A DNA stretch of 64,000 nucleotides. It comes from Cirrosporium novae-zelandiae. Taxonomy: Eukaryota. The position numbers and the translations under genes are program-made. The notes beneath the pieces were generated by a model, which worked only from the letters and a program-made list of their open reading frames with translations, was not told the origin of the DNA and did not search any database. Of the stretch, positions 23,604 through 36,166 are shown piece after piece (position 1 is the stretch's first letter; the number at the start of each line of letters is the position of its first letter). The DNA lies in contig JAPETS010000009.1 in assembly GCA_026023565.1 (NCBI GenBank), positions 372,001 to 436,000 on the forward strand, written 5' to 3'.

Positions 23604-26472
23604 ACCACAGCCCTAACGATCTCGATCTAACCTACCTCTGGCGTCGAATCCAAACATCCTACCTCTCATTCCTAGCCTAAAAATGTTAATCCGGTAAAAA
23701 TGGAATACTATTGGGTGAAGCATCTTGGGGAGGAGAATGAGAGATTCGAAACAGAAAACCAAATCTCCCGCCCCCAGAACACTACGGAAGCTGTAGAGAA
23801 TACTAAGGATGAAGACGTGAATGAGAATATGATAGTAGATTCCGGGATGCACACAGCAAAGGGCCCAAGTCCTCTTCTCATATAGCCAAATAGGGTTATT
23901 TTCTTTAACTAGCGGGTAATCACGTTCTTTTAGTCTAAGAATTAAAATATTTAGCTTAATCCATAAAATCTCATCAATGGACTGCCCGGAACCATGATCC
24001 AGCTTCCTCTTCCCAATATAGCTCCCAATACTATATAAGCCAGGAGAACATCAATGAAGACCGACTTTATGCGAAGATAAGAAAGCAATTTAAATGGGGA
24101 GGTTAATTGATTGTTCTTTAAGAATAAATGGATCAACTAAATAGATTAGGTAATAAAACAATAAAAATAAAAACTCGTTTCAAACTGCTTTGATAGATTA
24201 GAAATCCTTTATTAAAATTTGTAAAGGGATTTTCTTGAGAAAGGAGTGTAACATGATACCATACTATTAACCATATGTGGGTTAGCCATGCAGAGATAAT
24301 GATAATGATGTATTTGGGGTGAGGGTCAAAGAAATATATGATGGATCTAGATATTATTGTGAATGGGTATTAGTATTTTGGCCGATATAGTAGGATGCTC
24401 TTGAATTAATTAGGGCTTTCCTGATTTGTGGTTAGCCCAATTGCGCGCACACCTAAACCCCTCTAAGGGGTATTTACCTTTTATAGAAAATGAACTATGC
24501 TTCCTTCTTACACCTTATATATAAACTGAATTACGACAGGCTCGGTTAAAAATTGAGCGTGTTGACGATGATGATGACGATCCAATTTTATTGTTTGCAT
24601 GTCACTTGATGAGCCATGGCGGACATGGCTTCAGGGCTTACAGCTTAGGCTTTGGGCCCCCTCCGCCCCCCCTTACGGGCATGTTTTAACGAAGGTGGGG
24701 GGCTAAATGTATAAATTTTGACGAAGGGCCCAAGACACTCTACGGGGATTTCAATGATATCCATATAGGTAGCGTCTTCGGTTCTTCATGCTCGGATAGC
24801 TGATTGTGAAATAGTTCAGGCCAGTTTTCCTCATTTTCATATATATGTCCATGCGGAATCCAATTTGCGATATCTGTAGCCTTGATCATCTCGAAAGTAC
24901 CCCTCGATATCCTTCTCGGGGCGTCTGTGGGTATGAGCTAGAGAAGAATGAAACATGACTATACCGTCAGTCTTGGGGATGAGATTGGAACAAATTCCCC
25001 GCCAATGAAGAGGCACTGCGTTTGTCATTTCGTCGCTGTTGTAGAGCTTCTAAGATAGATTGGAACCGCCTCGGGGTTTGCATTCTAGGTTGCTGGGACT
25101 CACCAACATGTCTTCTATGCTTGCGATCTTTGTCGCTAGAACTCCGTTCATCACGTTAAATTGACAACCTGCGCTGATGTGTCCCCCACGGTCTTCTGCT
25201 GAAAGTGAAACTCCCTAATGATTGCAAACTTTCGCTGTACTCTGATACAGGAAATGAAGAAGAGCTATGTCTAGAGGAAGCAGGATGGACTTCTGATACT
25301 CTTCTCTTGTTGTCTTGCTCAGTTTTCAGACGTTTTAGCGCTGTACGCAAATCGTCATGAAAACCTGGCTGTATACGACCTTCACGCGACTTATTCCATT
25401 GCCCTATAACCATGTCAGCACTCAGTGTAGTACCCACAATATCTTTCACTCCAGTATCGCCGTTTCACAATTACAACCCCCACTAGGAATACACAGAGGA
25501 ATATGAGCACATTCTTTACCAGTTCATCCTAATTTCCACGAAGACATATCGGGCTTAGCAATTTTATCGCTTCTAGAAATGGGGCTATGTTTGGTGCTAT
25601 TATGGGACGGGAGAGCAGAGTGATGTGGATTGTCATGGAAAAAATCGCAGTGGCTTGAATCACAGCTATGAGACATCTCGGAGAGTCTGGAGCTTCCAAT
25701 TTAGTGTTGTAAAACAATGCTAGAGAGGTAACCAAACCAGTTCTTAGTATTGTGAGTAATATGGCCCAGATCTTGAATTGTAAAAGTTAAGGATCTGATA
25801 CTAACCTTCATTCCCTTAAATAGTGACCAGGGCCCCACACATGCAGCTACATCGGCTGGAAGGTCAGCAAAGCGATCAAGATTTATACAGCAGAGTAAGC
25901 ATGTCGCTAAACTATTTGCCACAAGGCCCATCTCCCTGCCATATCAGCTGTCAAACAAACGATGCAAGATATCGTTATGGCAAGTACACTCCACCGAAAG
26001 CATAATGAAGGATGAAAGTGACCAAACTGCAAATGAAACTACAACAATAACCACCGTTCATGTGAGGAGGCAGGAGGTAGTCCTGGGACGTTGGTTCGAA
26101 CTGTTGCAACCACGCTTATTAGTACCTGTCCTTGCTTCTCAGCCCTTTTACAATTCAGGTCATAAAGTACCCTCCTCTTGAGCGATTACTTTTTCATATC
26201 TCAAAAACCTTTTAGCAATAGATCTTGGCTGAATCGTTCATAGATCTCGAATCTTGTGGGTCGTTGGATAGTTGATCCTACCAGCAAACAAACCTGAAAT
26301 GAGTTGAGGCACCTGACCTGACATGAAATCGCTTGTGAGTATTCTCCGTGTTGTGCTCATTGGGTTGAACAAACAGCGACCCGTGCGCTACGAGAAAACT
26401 TTAGCTGGCTGCCACTCGGACTCGGGCTTACCCCACATAAGGTACAGAAACAGGGTACCAAATAGCCAAGTA

Positions 26473-26593
26473 GCTACCATGGTTCAATGGTAAACTTTAC
26501 TCGAAAGAGTCTTGGCTGTGGGGGACTTTGTAGGGGTGGGGGACTTTGTAGGGGCGGGGGTGGGTTCAAATCCCACAGATTCCCACTGTAGGC
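26473..26593 (+). other. tRNA-like relic with Pol III A and B boxes (pseudo-tRNA or SINE-like)
   Basis: A box TGGTTCAATGG; T arm GTGGG-TTCAAAT-CCCAC; G-rich tandem duplication between them; followed by an A12 run and T tracts. No clean anticodon arm. Confidence 0.5.
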
Positions 26594-27069
26594 AAAAAAA
26601 AAAAAGGTTTTTTATTTTTTTTTTTGGCTGTTCAATTCATTATTCTTATTATAATTTCTACAGGTATTAGTATTAGGATTATTTCAATATTTCACAATCC
26701 CAATATCTTTAGAACACTGTCGACAAGCCCTCGAAATTCCTCATCCACCTTCCCTCCCTCCCTCGTTTCCCATCCCCCGCAAAGACCACTCCCCACCCTT
26801 AGTAAAAAAGCATCCCCCACGTCCAAATAGAAAATACTAGTTGGTCCGTCCTGCCCCTCGATTTAGCCAACACGAACATCACACACACGCTATTCAAATT
26901 TCCTCTCATTTATATATATCCTTCAAAGATGTTAATAAAAATATATATTAGGTATTATTTACTCATTCATTTTTAATATAGACGCAATAGTGTGAATTAC
27001 AGACTGGGACATTAAGGAAGGAAGGCAAAGAAAACCCCCGCACAGGTTTTGTTCACGGTTAAATCTGGC

Positions 27070-27123
27070 CAGGGAAGGGAATGGACCAGATCAAATAGAC
27101 GGTCTGGTCTATTCCCTTCGCTG
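27070..27123. mobile_element. 54-bp minimal element consisting almost only of two GAAGGG-variant TIRs
   Basis: CAGGGAAGGGAATGGACCAGA-TCAAATAGACGG-TCTGGTCTATTCCCTTCGCTG, a 19 of 21 inverted match. No matching TSD. Confidence 0.7.
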
Positions 27124-27946
27124 TATGTATAGTATCTAGCGTTTTGCTTGTGTTTTTTTTGGACCTGCTTGGCTTTGGTGCGGGGGGGGTGGGTTTCTAC
27201 AGGGCAAGGGGGTGAATATGGATATCTAGCCAGTTATAGACACCTAATTAGGGATTTAGGTGTAAATTTCCTGGCCACTGTTAATTATGATTTTTTTACC
27301 AGCAGACATCAACACTAACAAGCACGAGGCGTAATGCAACACAAAATGACATAACACGAAAAAGCCCAAAGCTCCCATCTATCTCTATTTCTCTCCGTCT
27401 CCCAACTATACCAGAGTTCTTAAGCAATAATCATTAATGTTGATGATAATAACTATAGGCATTGTAGGGTATGAGGAATAGTTGCAGGTAGAAGCAAAGA
27501 TTATCGGCAATAATTAAAGAAAGACTCACCGATGCATGCATGCACGCTCACACTCACAGATGCACATACACATTTTATACCCTCTTCCCCGAACTTCAAA
27601 TCTCGAACCCTCAGATACGTATAGCGAAAATGAAGTTAAAGATAACCGAAAGCGAATAATTGAAGAAACGGGCGTTGGTAACGATAGCTAACGTTTTGCT
27701 AAAAAAAACAAGAATCAGGTATATATATAACAATGACGACGATGATGGCCTACAATCACTCAATTGCCACCACAATCACCCTCGTTTGTCTTTTTTCTTT
27801 TTTCCCATTTCCCCTTGGCCATCCATCCATCGATTCATATTATGCAATATATATATATATATGCCTTTATCAACCTCACTACATTTCACCGCACGCACAC
27901 ACACACACTTAACACACTCAAATACTCACACGTAACAAACCATACC

Positions 27947-29025
27947 ATGCCTCCCTCATCACTATCCCCTATTTCCTCCAGATTAACACCCCATTTCGAG
28001 TCCACGGAGAGATCACTACTACTACTACTGCAGACTCATAATGAAAACCATGATGGGGATAACGTTAATATTGATTATTTTCATGAAAGAGAGAAGCAGG
28101 GGAAAGAAGAAGATGGTAACGAGGAGGAGGGGAATGATGGGGGGTTGGAGAGGATATGTCAGGTACGTACGTACATGTATATTACCAGAGTCAAAACCTG
28201 GGGAGAAGAGGCTGGCTTGGGTTTTTGAAACCATGGGGTGGGTAGGAGCTGATTTGTATATGTTATTGTGTGTAGGAGAGTGTCAGGATGAGAAGAAGAA
28301 GAGTGAAGAGGAGTGTTGTATTTAGTTTACCTTCGTCATCGTCTTCAGCAACAGTTTCACTCGCCCATACCGATGATCGTGACCTAGGAGGCGACTCGAA
28401 TCACGATGCCGCTTTCAATATCTCCAACGTGCATTCTCATATCGGTTTCAACGACGCTAACGCTGCTTTTAAAGAGCCAGAACCTACCATACCAAACTCC
28501 AAGAACAACAGAATCTCATCGCAACCTCTACATGTTTATGATACCATCGAAGTAACGGCGAGAAGGATGATCCAAGACCATAACGATCCAATTCTACCTC
28601 CCGAATCTTTTAGTTTTCTGCAGGGGGGGAGGAGGGCGTCATCGTCGTCAATAATGAGCATGAGAACCAAGCGGGAAGAAGAAGCAGAGAAACCAGCAAG
28701 CAAAATGGGTAAAGGCAAGGAGAAAGAAAGAAGTCCACATGGCTGTGAGGATAGTTATTTTTCCTTTCCGCCATTTCTGTTGCTGCCGGAGGATAGTAGT
28801 TATGATAGTGATAGTAATAGCGATGAGAGCAGAGAAGAATCTTTCTTTAGGGATGGTGGAACAACAACAGATATGGATATGGATATAGATACTGCTACCT
28901 TGGAGACGACGCACAAATGTTGTTGTTGTGAGGGATCTCGATTGATAGACGATAGGGATAGGGGTAGCAAAAAAGGGAAGCAGAAGCAGGGGGAGGGGAG
29001 ATGTTGCGTTTGTGTTATATTTTGA
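27947..29025 (+). CDS. Hypothetical low-complexity protein of about 321 aa with a C-terminal CaaX box (exons 27947-28162, 28276-29025)
   Basis: A GTACGT...GCTGAT...TAG phase-0 intron joins two open frames. The protein ends KKGKQKQGEGRCCVCVIF-stop. Confidence 0.6.
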
Positions 29026-29761
29026 ACGTGGTATATATGCTAGATATTTGGTGAAGAGTGATGATTTATAAGATGTGGAGGGTTGACCGCACGAGGAGAA
29101 GGATAGGGTGAGGTGGTGGTCTTCAAAAGGTGTGGACTTATGTAATTATGTCGGTTGCTAGAGTTTATACTTCTCAGCGGTTGCGTTATAGGTTAATTAT
29201 TGGTTTAGGGAGGGATTGGAATGAGAATTAGAATAGGTAATAGGTTGTCTGAGGTACCTAGATACCTACCTAACAGCAGTGCAATAGGGATTCAACGAGG
29301 TTTTTTGGTAGGGTAGGATAAGTTAAATTCCTTTCGATGTATATGGTTTAAAAGTACGAATTCTTATACTAGTGATGTTGTTATATATACATATGCTGCA
29401 AAAGGAGGTTTGTTTCTATTGAGATTTTTTTAAATATATACAGCCTGAGGGCTTGATTTGGCTTTGGCTAAATAAGATAAATGTTGTCTGTATGGATCGA
29501 TTATAAAACTTTTTTTTATCCTTTCTATTGTTTGTTTTGCTTTAAGGATTCTTCTTGAGTATGGATGGATGAATGGATGGATGGATGGATGGATCTTGAT
29601 GTAGTTTGTTTGTTTTGAACATAATAGAATGATAGGATAGCGCATGCCATGCAGCCAACTGAAGTATCTTACTCAAAAAGGAAGAGAGAGTCAGGTATTT
29701 TCCTTAATTAGGGAAGTGATGGTTGTCCATGCATGAATAAGCGAAAAAAATTTAAATTAAA

Positions 29762-31003
29762 TTACGGCAAATGGCTTTGAAGAGTAGAATCAGAGGGTGG
29801 TTTGATTGTGTTGAAACCAAATTGTGCTCGAATGGGTACATCCTGAGACAGACACGGTTAGTTAGCTTTAACGTTTTTGTGCGAAATAAAAGTTAAATAG
29901 TTAGAGGGAGGGGTTTTAAAACATATAAAAAGAATATGTATAGGTGTATATAGGTTGTATAAGAGAGGAGATATATAAGGAATCTTAAAAAACTTACCAG
30001 CAAGCCGGCTGGGAAGAGAGGTATGAGCCAAGCTAGACGCCAGCCGGTTCCCCTAAGAATCACTGTTGGAACATGTTTTTTAAATGGCCAATACCACCAC
30101 CTCCTCCCCAAAACATCGCCAACCACGTCGCTTGCCAATTGCGCTGGGTCCTCTCCGGTAGGAAGGCCGCCGAAGACTTCCTTACTTTGTATCTTTTCAT
30201 TGATGGAAGCGTAGAAGGAATTTGATGGGAGAGGGGGTGAAGGGGCATTACTGTCAGAGGATGCGGTCATGACTGTAGCAACTCTCCCGGGATAGACCTG
30301 TTATAGATTTGAGTTAGTGGTAGAATTGGTGGTGGGGGTACTGTAATAATACAACGACAATAGCATTGATCCCAAGGGGTGCGAATTCTATTCGCATTGC
30401 CTCGTTTATAGAATGAATGGCTGCTTTCGAAGCATTGTAGTAGCCTGGAGAATAAGAGCCATCATATTAGTCCAACCTCTTTTAGTAGCACGCAAGATAG
30501 AACACATGTGAGTGGCAGATTCACTAAACCTGCTGTAGAGCCTATAGTTACAATGGTGCCTTTGGCTTTTATGAGCAGAGGGAGAAAGGCATTTGTGACA
30601 GCCATGACGCCAAATACATTGACGTCGAACAGATGTTTTGTCAACTCAATAGAGGCATCTGCGAGGGGGGACACAAAGCTTTTGTAGGTCAGTTCTTGAG
30701 ATCCATCATGGCGCTCTGCCTCCATCGTCACTTACTGAAGCCTGAATTATTCACGAGATAATCAAGTCCTCTTCCTCCCGTGAGTTCGTGCACTCTCTTG
30801 ACGGCGTCTCGAATAGTCTCCTCTAAAGTGACATCTAGGGTTTCCGTATTAATATCGGCGATGCCTTCGAATTGAGCCAGCTTCTTGGAATTTCTCCCGG
30901 TTGCAACGACATGAAAACCACGAGAATGGAACTCATTGACAAGACCAGAGCCAATCCCACCAGGACTGCATCCGGTTATGAGGACTGTTTTCTTGAAAGA
31001 CAT
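29762..31003 (-). CDS. Short-chain dehydrogenase/reductase, Ayr1-like, 5 exons
   Basis: TVLITGCSPGGIG, LDVT, LVNNSG, FDVNVFG, GSTAG and YNASK catalytic motif. First intron phase is irregular (see findings). Confidence 0.85.
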
Positions 31004-31781
31004 TGTTTAAATTTAAGGAAGTTGAGAAACGAGAGAGTATAGTAATGGATTATAGAGCAATAGAGCAAGTAAATGGACAGGATTAAATACTCCCGGGGGA
31101 GCATCGAAAGAAGAAGGTAGCCATAGTATCAAACAATTAAACAGCATTGCGATTGATAATCAGGAAATTACATATTGAGAAAGCTATAGAACAAAGAGCA
31201 TCAGTCCGTTGTCTCTTGACGGAAGTCCGACAATATATTTGCCTAAATGGACTGGAATGGAAATGGGGGATTTCATTTTCCCCGATGCCGCTAAAAACAT
31301 AAATTGATGCCTGGATTTTGCCTTGGAATAATAGAATTTATGTTTGCTTGTTTGTTTTTGTTTGCAGGTAATTGTATTTAATTATTGACTTTAAAGTAGA
31401 GTTAAACACTTAGAGTCAATAATAAGTCGAGTGGGATCTTGTTGGAGAGACGTGGAGTTTTGGTGGGGAAGATATGGGACCGTATTGTATTATGTCTTAC
31501 TTGTATCCTAAAGTAGACTAGCTGTAAAGTTCAGTACCCTTCCACACCAATAAGAGCCTTGCTATATTTGATGTTTAACGAATCCTCCCGAGGGTGTGCT
31601 GCGATGTGCTGTTCTGTAACTTCTAGGATACTCACCGTACTACTACATACTCTGAAACATTTGAATCTCTGCAGTGAATGAGCCACATCTTTCTTTCTAT
31701 AACTATTATATGCTTTATGGAACTACAAAGTACTTCTAGATCTGCAGAACCTGGCATAGTAGCCAGTTGAATTCTTGAAAA

Positions 31782-33970
31782 ATGACTTCGAAGCACACAA
31801 TTCCCTCTGAATCCATAACCTATCGTAGTGAAGTCAGACACACGACCTCTCCTGATTTACGTCTTGTACATTTCAACGATGTCTACCATGTCGAGTATGT
31901 GTCGGGCTCAACTAGACTTGCATTGTATCTCAAGCTGACCAATTGACCAGAGCAGGGTCTGCAGAACCCGTCGGCGGCGTCGCACGATTCCAATCCCTAA
32001 TAAATCATTACAAGGCGGATGCCAAATTTGCGGGGCAGCCAGAATTACTGACTTTCTTTTCGGGAGACGTCTTCAACCCAAGCCTGGAAAGCTCTGTAAC
32101 AAAAGGGAGGCATATGGTACCCGTTCTAAATACAATTGGCACTACAATTGCATGTGTGGGCGTAAGTGGACTAAATATACTGCATGAATTTCGCATTTTT
32201 AAAACATCGCTAACTCCAAGATGTTACTAGAACCATGACCTTGATTTCGGCGTCCCGCAGTTTCGCCACTTGCGCAGCCAATGCAACTTTCCATGGTTAA
32301 TTGCAAACATCCTCGACCCTGATCTTGGTGATAATGTGGCTCTGGGAAATTCTGAAAAGACAGCGATCATTACATCTTCTAATGGGATCAAAATTGGTGT
32401 GATTGGACTTGCAGAGAGAGAGTGGTAAGCTTCTTGACGGACTCTTTGTTGTCGCGTCACTCAGCTCAAAATAGGCTAGACACTATTAATTCCCTCCCTC
32501 CAAATCTAATATACAAATCCGCCACGGAGACCGCAAAGGAGCTCATACCGGGTTTGAAAGAGCAGGGTGCAGAGATTGTGATAGCTCTTACCCATATGCG
32601 TGAGCCCAATGACTGTAAGCTTGCTGAGAATACAGGACCAGACTTGATTAATTTCATCCTCGGGGGTCATGACCATTATTATAACCATGCCGTTGTTAAT
32701 GGTGTTCATGTTTTGCGGTCAGGAACTGATTTTAGACAATTGAGCTACATTGAAGCTTGGAGGAGAGAAGGGCAAGTTGGATGGGATTTCGACGTCACCC
32801 GCAGGGACATCACCCGAGAAATCCCTGAAGATCCCCCCGCGGTCGAGCTTGTCAAGAAATTGACTTCAAGCTTAAAGGCAAAACTCGAGATGCCTATAGG
32901 ATACACAGCAGTACCTCTGGATGGCCGTTTTTCGACTGTTCGCACACGTGAGAGCAACCTGGGAAACTTTGTTTGCGATCTTATGCGATTTTATTACAGT
33001 GCGGACTGTACCATAATGGCTGCTGGGACTATTCGGGGAGATCAAGTATACCCACCAGGAACCCTTCGATTAGGAGATATCATGAACTGTTTTCCGTTCG
33101 AAGATCCCGTCGTGGTAATCAATGTCAAAGGGAAAGCAGTACGCGAAGCATTGGAAAATGCGGTAAGTCTGCTTCCCGCCCTTGAAGGCCGGTTCCCACA
33201 AGTCTCAAATATCAGCTTCGAGTTCAACCCAAATGCCAATGCTGGTCATAGAATTTCATGGGTCAAGATAGGTGAAGAGGATCTTGACCCTGAGAGGATT
33301 TATAAAATGGCCACGAGAGGATACATGGCTCGCGGAAAGGACGGCTACGACTCTCTCCTGGCTCAAAGCGAAGGAGGCGAAGCTGAGGAAGTTGTGTCAG
33401 AAGAAAATGGTGTCCTCATCAGCATGATTCTCCGCCAATTTTTTATGAGTCTTAAAGTTCTTGGTCGTTGGCGCCGCTGGGGCACGTCCATGCATGACCA
33501 ATGGAATGAAGTAAACAGCCAACTCCTCAAACACCATAATATCCGTGAACCAGGACCTACCAAGAATACGCAACCTCAAAGACGTCCCCGCAAGCATTCT
33601 CGACATGAAAAAGTGTATCAGAATCCACTACTAAGAAGGGTTCAGCGTTCGCTGGTAAATGATTCACTTGTAGACTCAGGCACCGAAGACGAGAGTGATA
33701 TGCCAACACCAGAGGTGAGCTCCAACGAGGAACAAGATTTTGATCGTGAGATGCGGATTGCACGACAGGTTATCAGGAAATGGTTTAGGCTGGCTGGAAT
33801 TGAACGCGAGCGTGTTGGTTTGGTGAGCGAAGATGAAGAGGAGTTTTTGCCACATTGGACGAGGGGCATCGCACCAAAGTAGGTTTTTTTTGTCATCTTC
33901 CGGCTGATTGGTGTGTTGCTAACTACTAGGCCATAGGATTGAAGGTAGAATCATTATCAAAAGTCAGTAG
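31782..33970 (+). CDS. 5'-nucleotidase family metallophosphoesterase, 5 exons
   Basis: HFNDVYH, FSGDVF, spliced GNHDLDFG, ALTH, LGGHDH, RTRESNLGNFVCD, GTIRGD, FPFED and GRFPQVS motifs. Last exon KIEGRIIIKSQ-stop. Confidence 0.92.
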
Positions 33971-34436
33971 CCGAAGGCAATTGCAAGTTGAGCCAATGTG
34001 ATGGTCAGGATCAATAGTTATGGGTAGATGGGATTAAGTTGTGGATAGTGATTGGATGAACGAACGCTAGATAGTCTTCTAGCCGACATTTTTCTTGATT
34101 ATCAATAGGACAATTACTTGTTTATTTGACCAAGGCTCATATTTTGCAATTTCGTAGATATACTGCACATCACCACTTAAATACCAAAGTCCGGTAGTAA
34201 AGTAATCCTGGTAATCAAATCCACCTCAGTTAATATCGATCCTTCTCTTAGAATTTTATTTAGTTATGTGGTTGTTGTCAAATAAGGATGATAAAAATCT
34301 TTGAACAATGTCCATCTATACAATAATACTAAATATCAATAAAACGCTATTCCCAACATGAACGTAGCTTGCCAAGAAACACCCCCTACTTTATCACAAT
34401 GTCAGCGACTCCATAAGTCCACCGAATACCGTCATC

Positions 34437-34535
34437 CAACAGTCGTGAACGTCCTTACTGCTGATCCGTGCCATCCCAACATGAGGTTATTTTGACCATG
34501 TCAGACCGGTCTGGTCTGGTCTATTCCCTTCCCTG
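34437..34535. mobile_element. Terminal 99 bp of a hAT-type element, second copy of 5-103
   Basis: 93 of 99 identical to 5-103; ends GGTCTGGTCTATTCCCTTCCCTG. Confidence 0.75.
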
Positions 34536-34558
34536 GTTGACAAGCTAACGACGTGCAA

Positions 34559-36166
34559 TTAGCCTCCTGGAAACTGTCCAAAATCTATTATCTCCATTGC
34601 CTGCTGGATTTCTAGATCATCGGAATACGTCGTAATCAATCGATCAGGAACAAATTGTGAACCCTGTCTATGGCTCTCGCCCAAAATGCTTGCAATATCT
34701 TTTTTCTGAAGCCTCTCTTTTTTACGTGGACCGGGACTGGAGAGGAAATCTTTGAAGGACTGGACCATTTCGGAATCCCTTATCTCAATAAACCGTTGGT
34801 CTGAGGTAACTTTTGGTGATTGTTCCGAATCGCGGGGAGTTTGAACTGAGAAGGCAACATCGAAAGAACTGGAAGAAGATGACAGCGCCAGCACTGGTTC
34901 AGTTTCCAATTCATCGTGCGTTTGGGTCAACGAAGCAGTAGTGAATGAACTGGAAGAAGATGACACAGCCGGCACTGGTTCTGTTTCCAATTTATCGTGC
35001 GTTTGGGCCAACGAAGCAATAGTGAAAGACCTGGAAGAGGATGACACAGTTGGCACTGGTCTTGCTGATTTTTTCATCCTCTCCCTAGTTGCGAACTTTC
35101 GTATTTCTCTTTCCTCTTCTGAGAGTGCGAAATTTCCTGCTCTCTTAAGCCATTTGGGTTTTTTACCCACATTCTCATGTTCGATGGCTAGAATATCGTT
35201 CCGCAACATGTCATCCAACCCACGAACTGTATTACTTTCCTTCATCCCGTCGCTCATTTGACTCTGGATTCTATTCTCCCAGTCTTCTTCCCTTCGAGCT
35301 TCGTTCCCCCATGCAATAAGGTGTGCCTCCCTTCTGAATCTAAGGGTACGCATTTGATAAACTCCTGTACCTTTCTCGTTCCATGGCATTCTATCCATAA
35401 CGTCTGCCCAGGTTATCCTACTATCCTCCCTCATGATGGTCTCTAGAAGGAAGCCAAAGGCCCTTGTTCCTATCCTAGTAGGAAAATCCCATCCGATGAT
35501 CGGGAAACCTTTGTTATTGAAGATGATTCGTCCTTTAGCATCTAGCAATGGTCCTGGCTGGTATTCAGGGGTTTCTCGGTCTTTGTCAGAGAATACGAAA
35601 AGTATAGGCGCCCGATTCTCTGGTTTAGGGCCCCAGTGTTGATACCTATGGTGGTATGCTGTCGAATCGCCTTTGACAAGGGGGCTCTTCTTGGATGGCT
35701 TTCTATCCTGAGGAAAGTCTACCAGGATCAGGTTCTATTCAATCTAGACTAGGAAATATTATTACTTACCGTATTGATTCGCATCTTCATATTCCTCCTC
35801 TGCGAGATCTTTTATGGATACAATCTCCCCTAGCTTATATTAGCATCCTCAAACTATTGTTAACTATGGGTTACTTGATAGGTTGTAGCCGAAGAGACTA
35901 CACAAAGACAATTCGATGAAGGGAGAAGCAAGTAGATTCTTTACGTTCTTGTCCGTCGGGAGTGTTTAATGTGAAAACCTTTCCGTTTCTCCTCAACGCC
36001 AGTGGTGGAATATTACCAGCTCTGATACCTAAAGATCTCACTTAGCTATGTCCATTGAACATCCGATAATATAGGATCAAATACCTTTCTGCATCAAACG
36101 CCACTCTTCGTTCCGGTTTTTCTCTGAAGGATCTTGGTTCCTAATTCCAACAATATTTGATTCCAT
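34559..36166 (-). pseudogene. Multi-intron gene of unknown function, paralog of 17728-19154; long last exon open, exon 1 apparently frameshifted
   Basis: ATG at 36166 gives MESNIVGIRNQDPSEK; a 1-nt shift is needed to reach RNEEWRLMQK. The last exon (about 35719-34559) is open and includes the 329-aa ORF. Confidence 0.65.
34861..35060 (-). repeat. 81-bp (27-codon) coding tandem repeat, about 2.5 copies
   Basis: GCACTGGT recurs at 34891, 34972 and 35053; peptide unit PVPxVSSSSxSFTxASLxQTHDxLETE. Confidence 0.85.

Noticed and set aside
24650..24735. Imperfect GC-rich inverted repeat (TTGGGCCC...GGGCCCAA)
   Set aside because: Short, single occurrence, no TSD.
15380..27069. Starship or LTR retrotransposon call for the island
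   Set aside because: No tyrosine recombinase, RT, integrase or LTR pair is visible.
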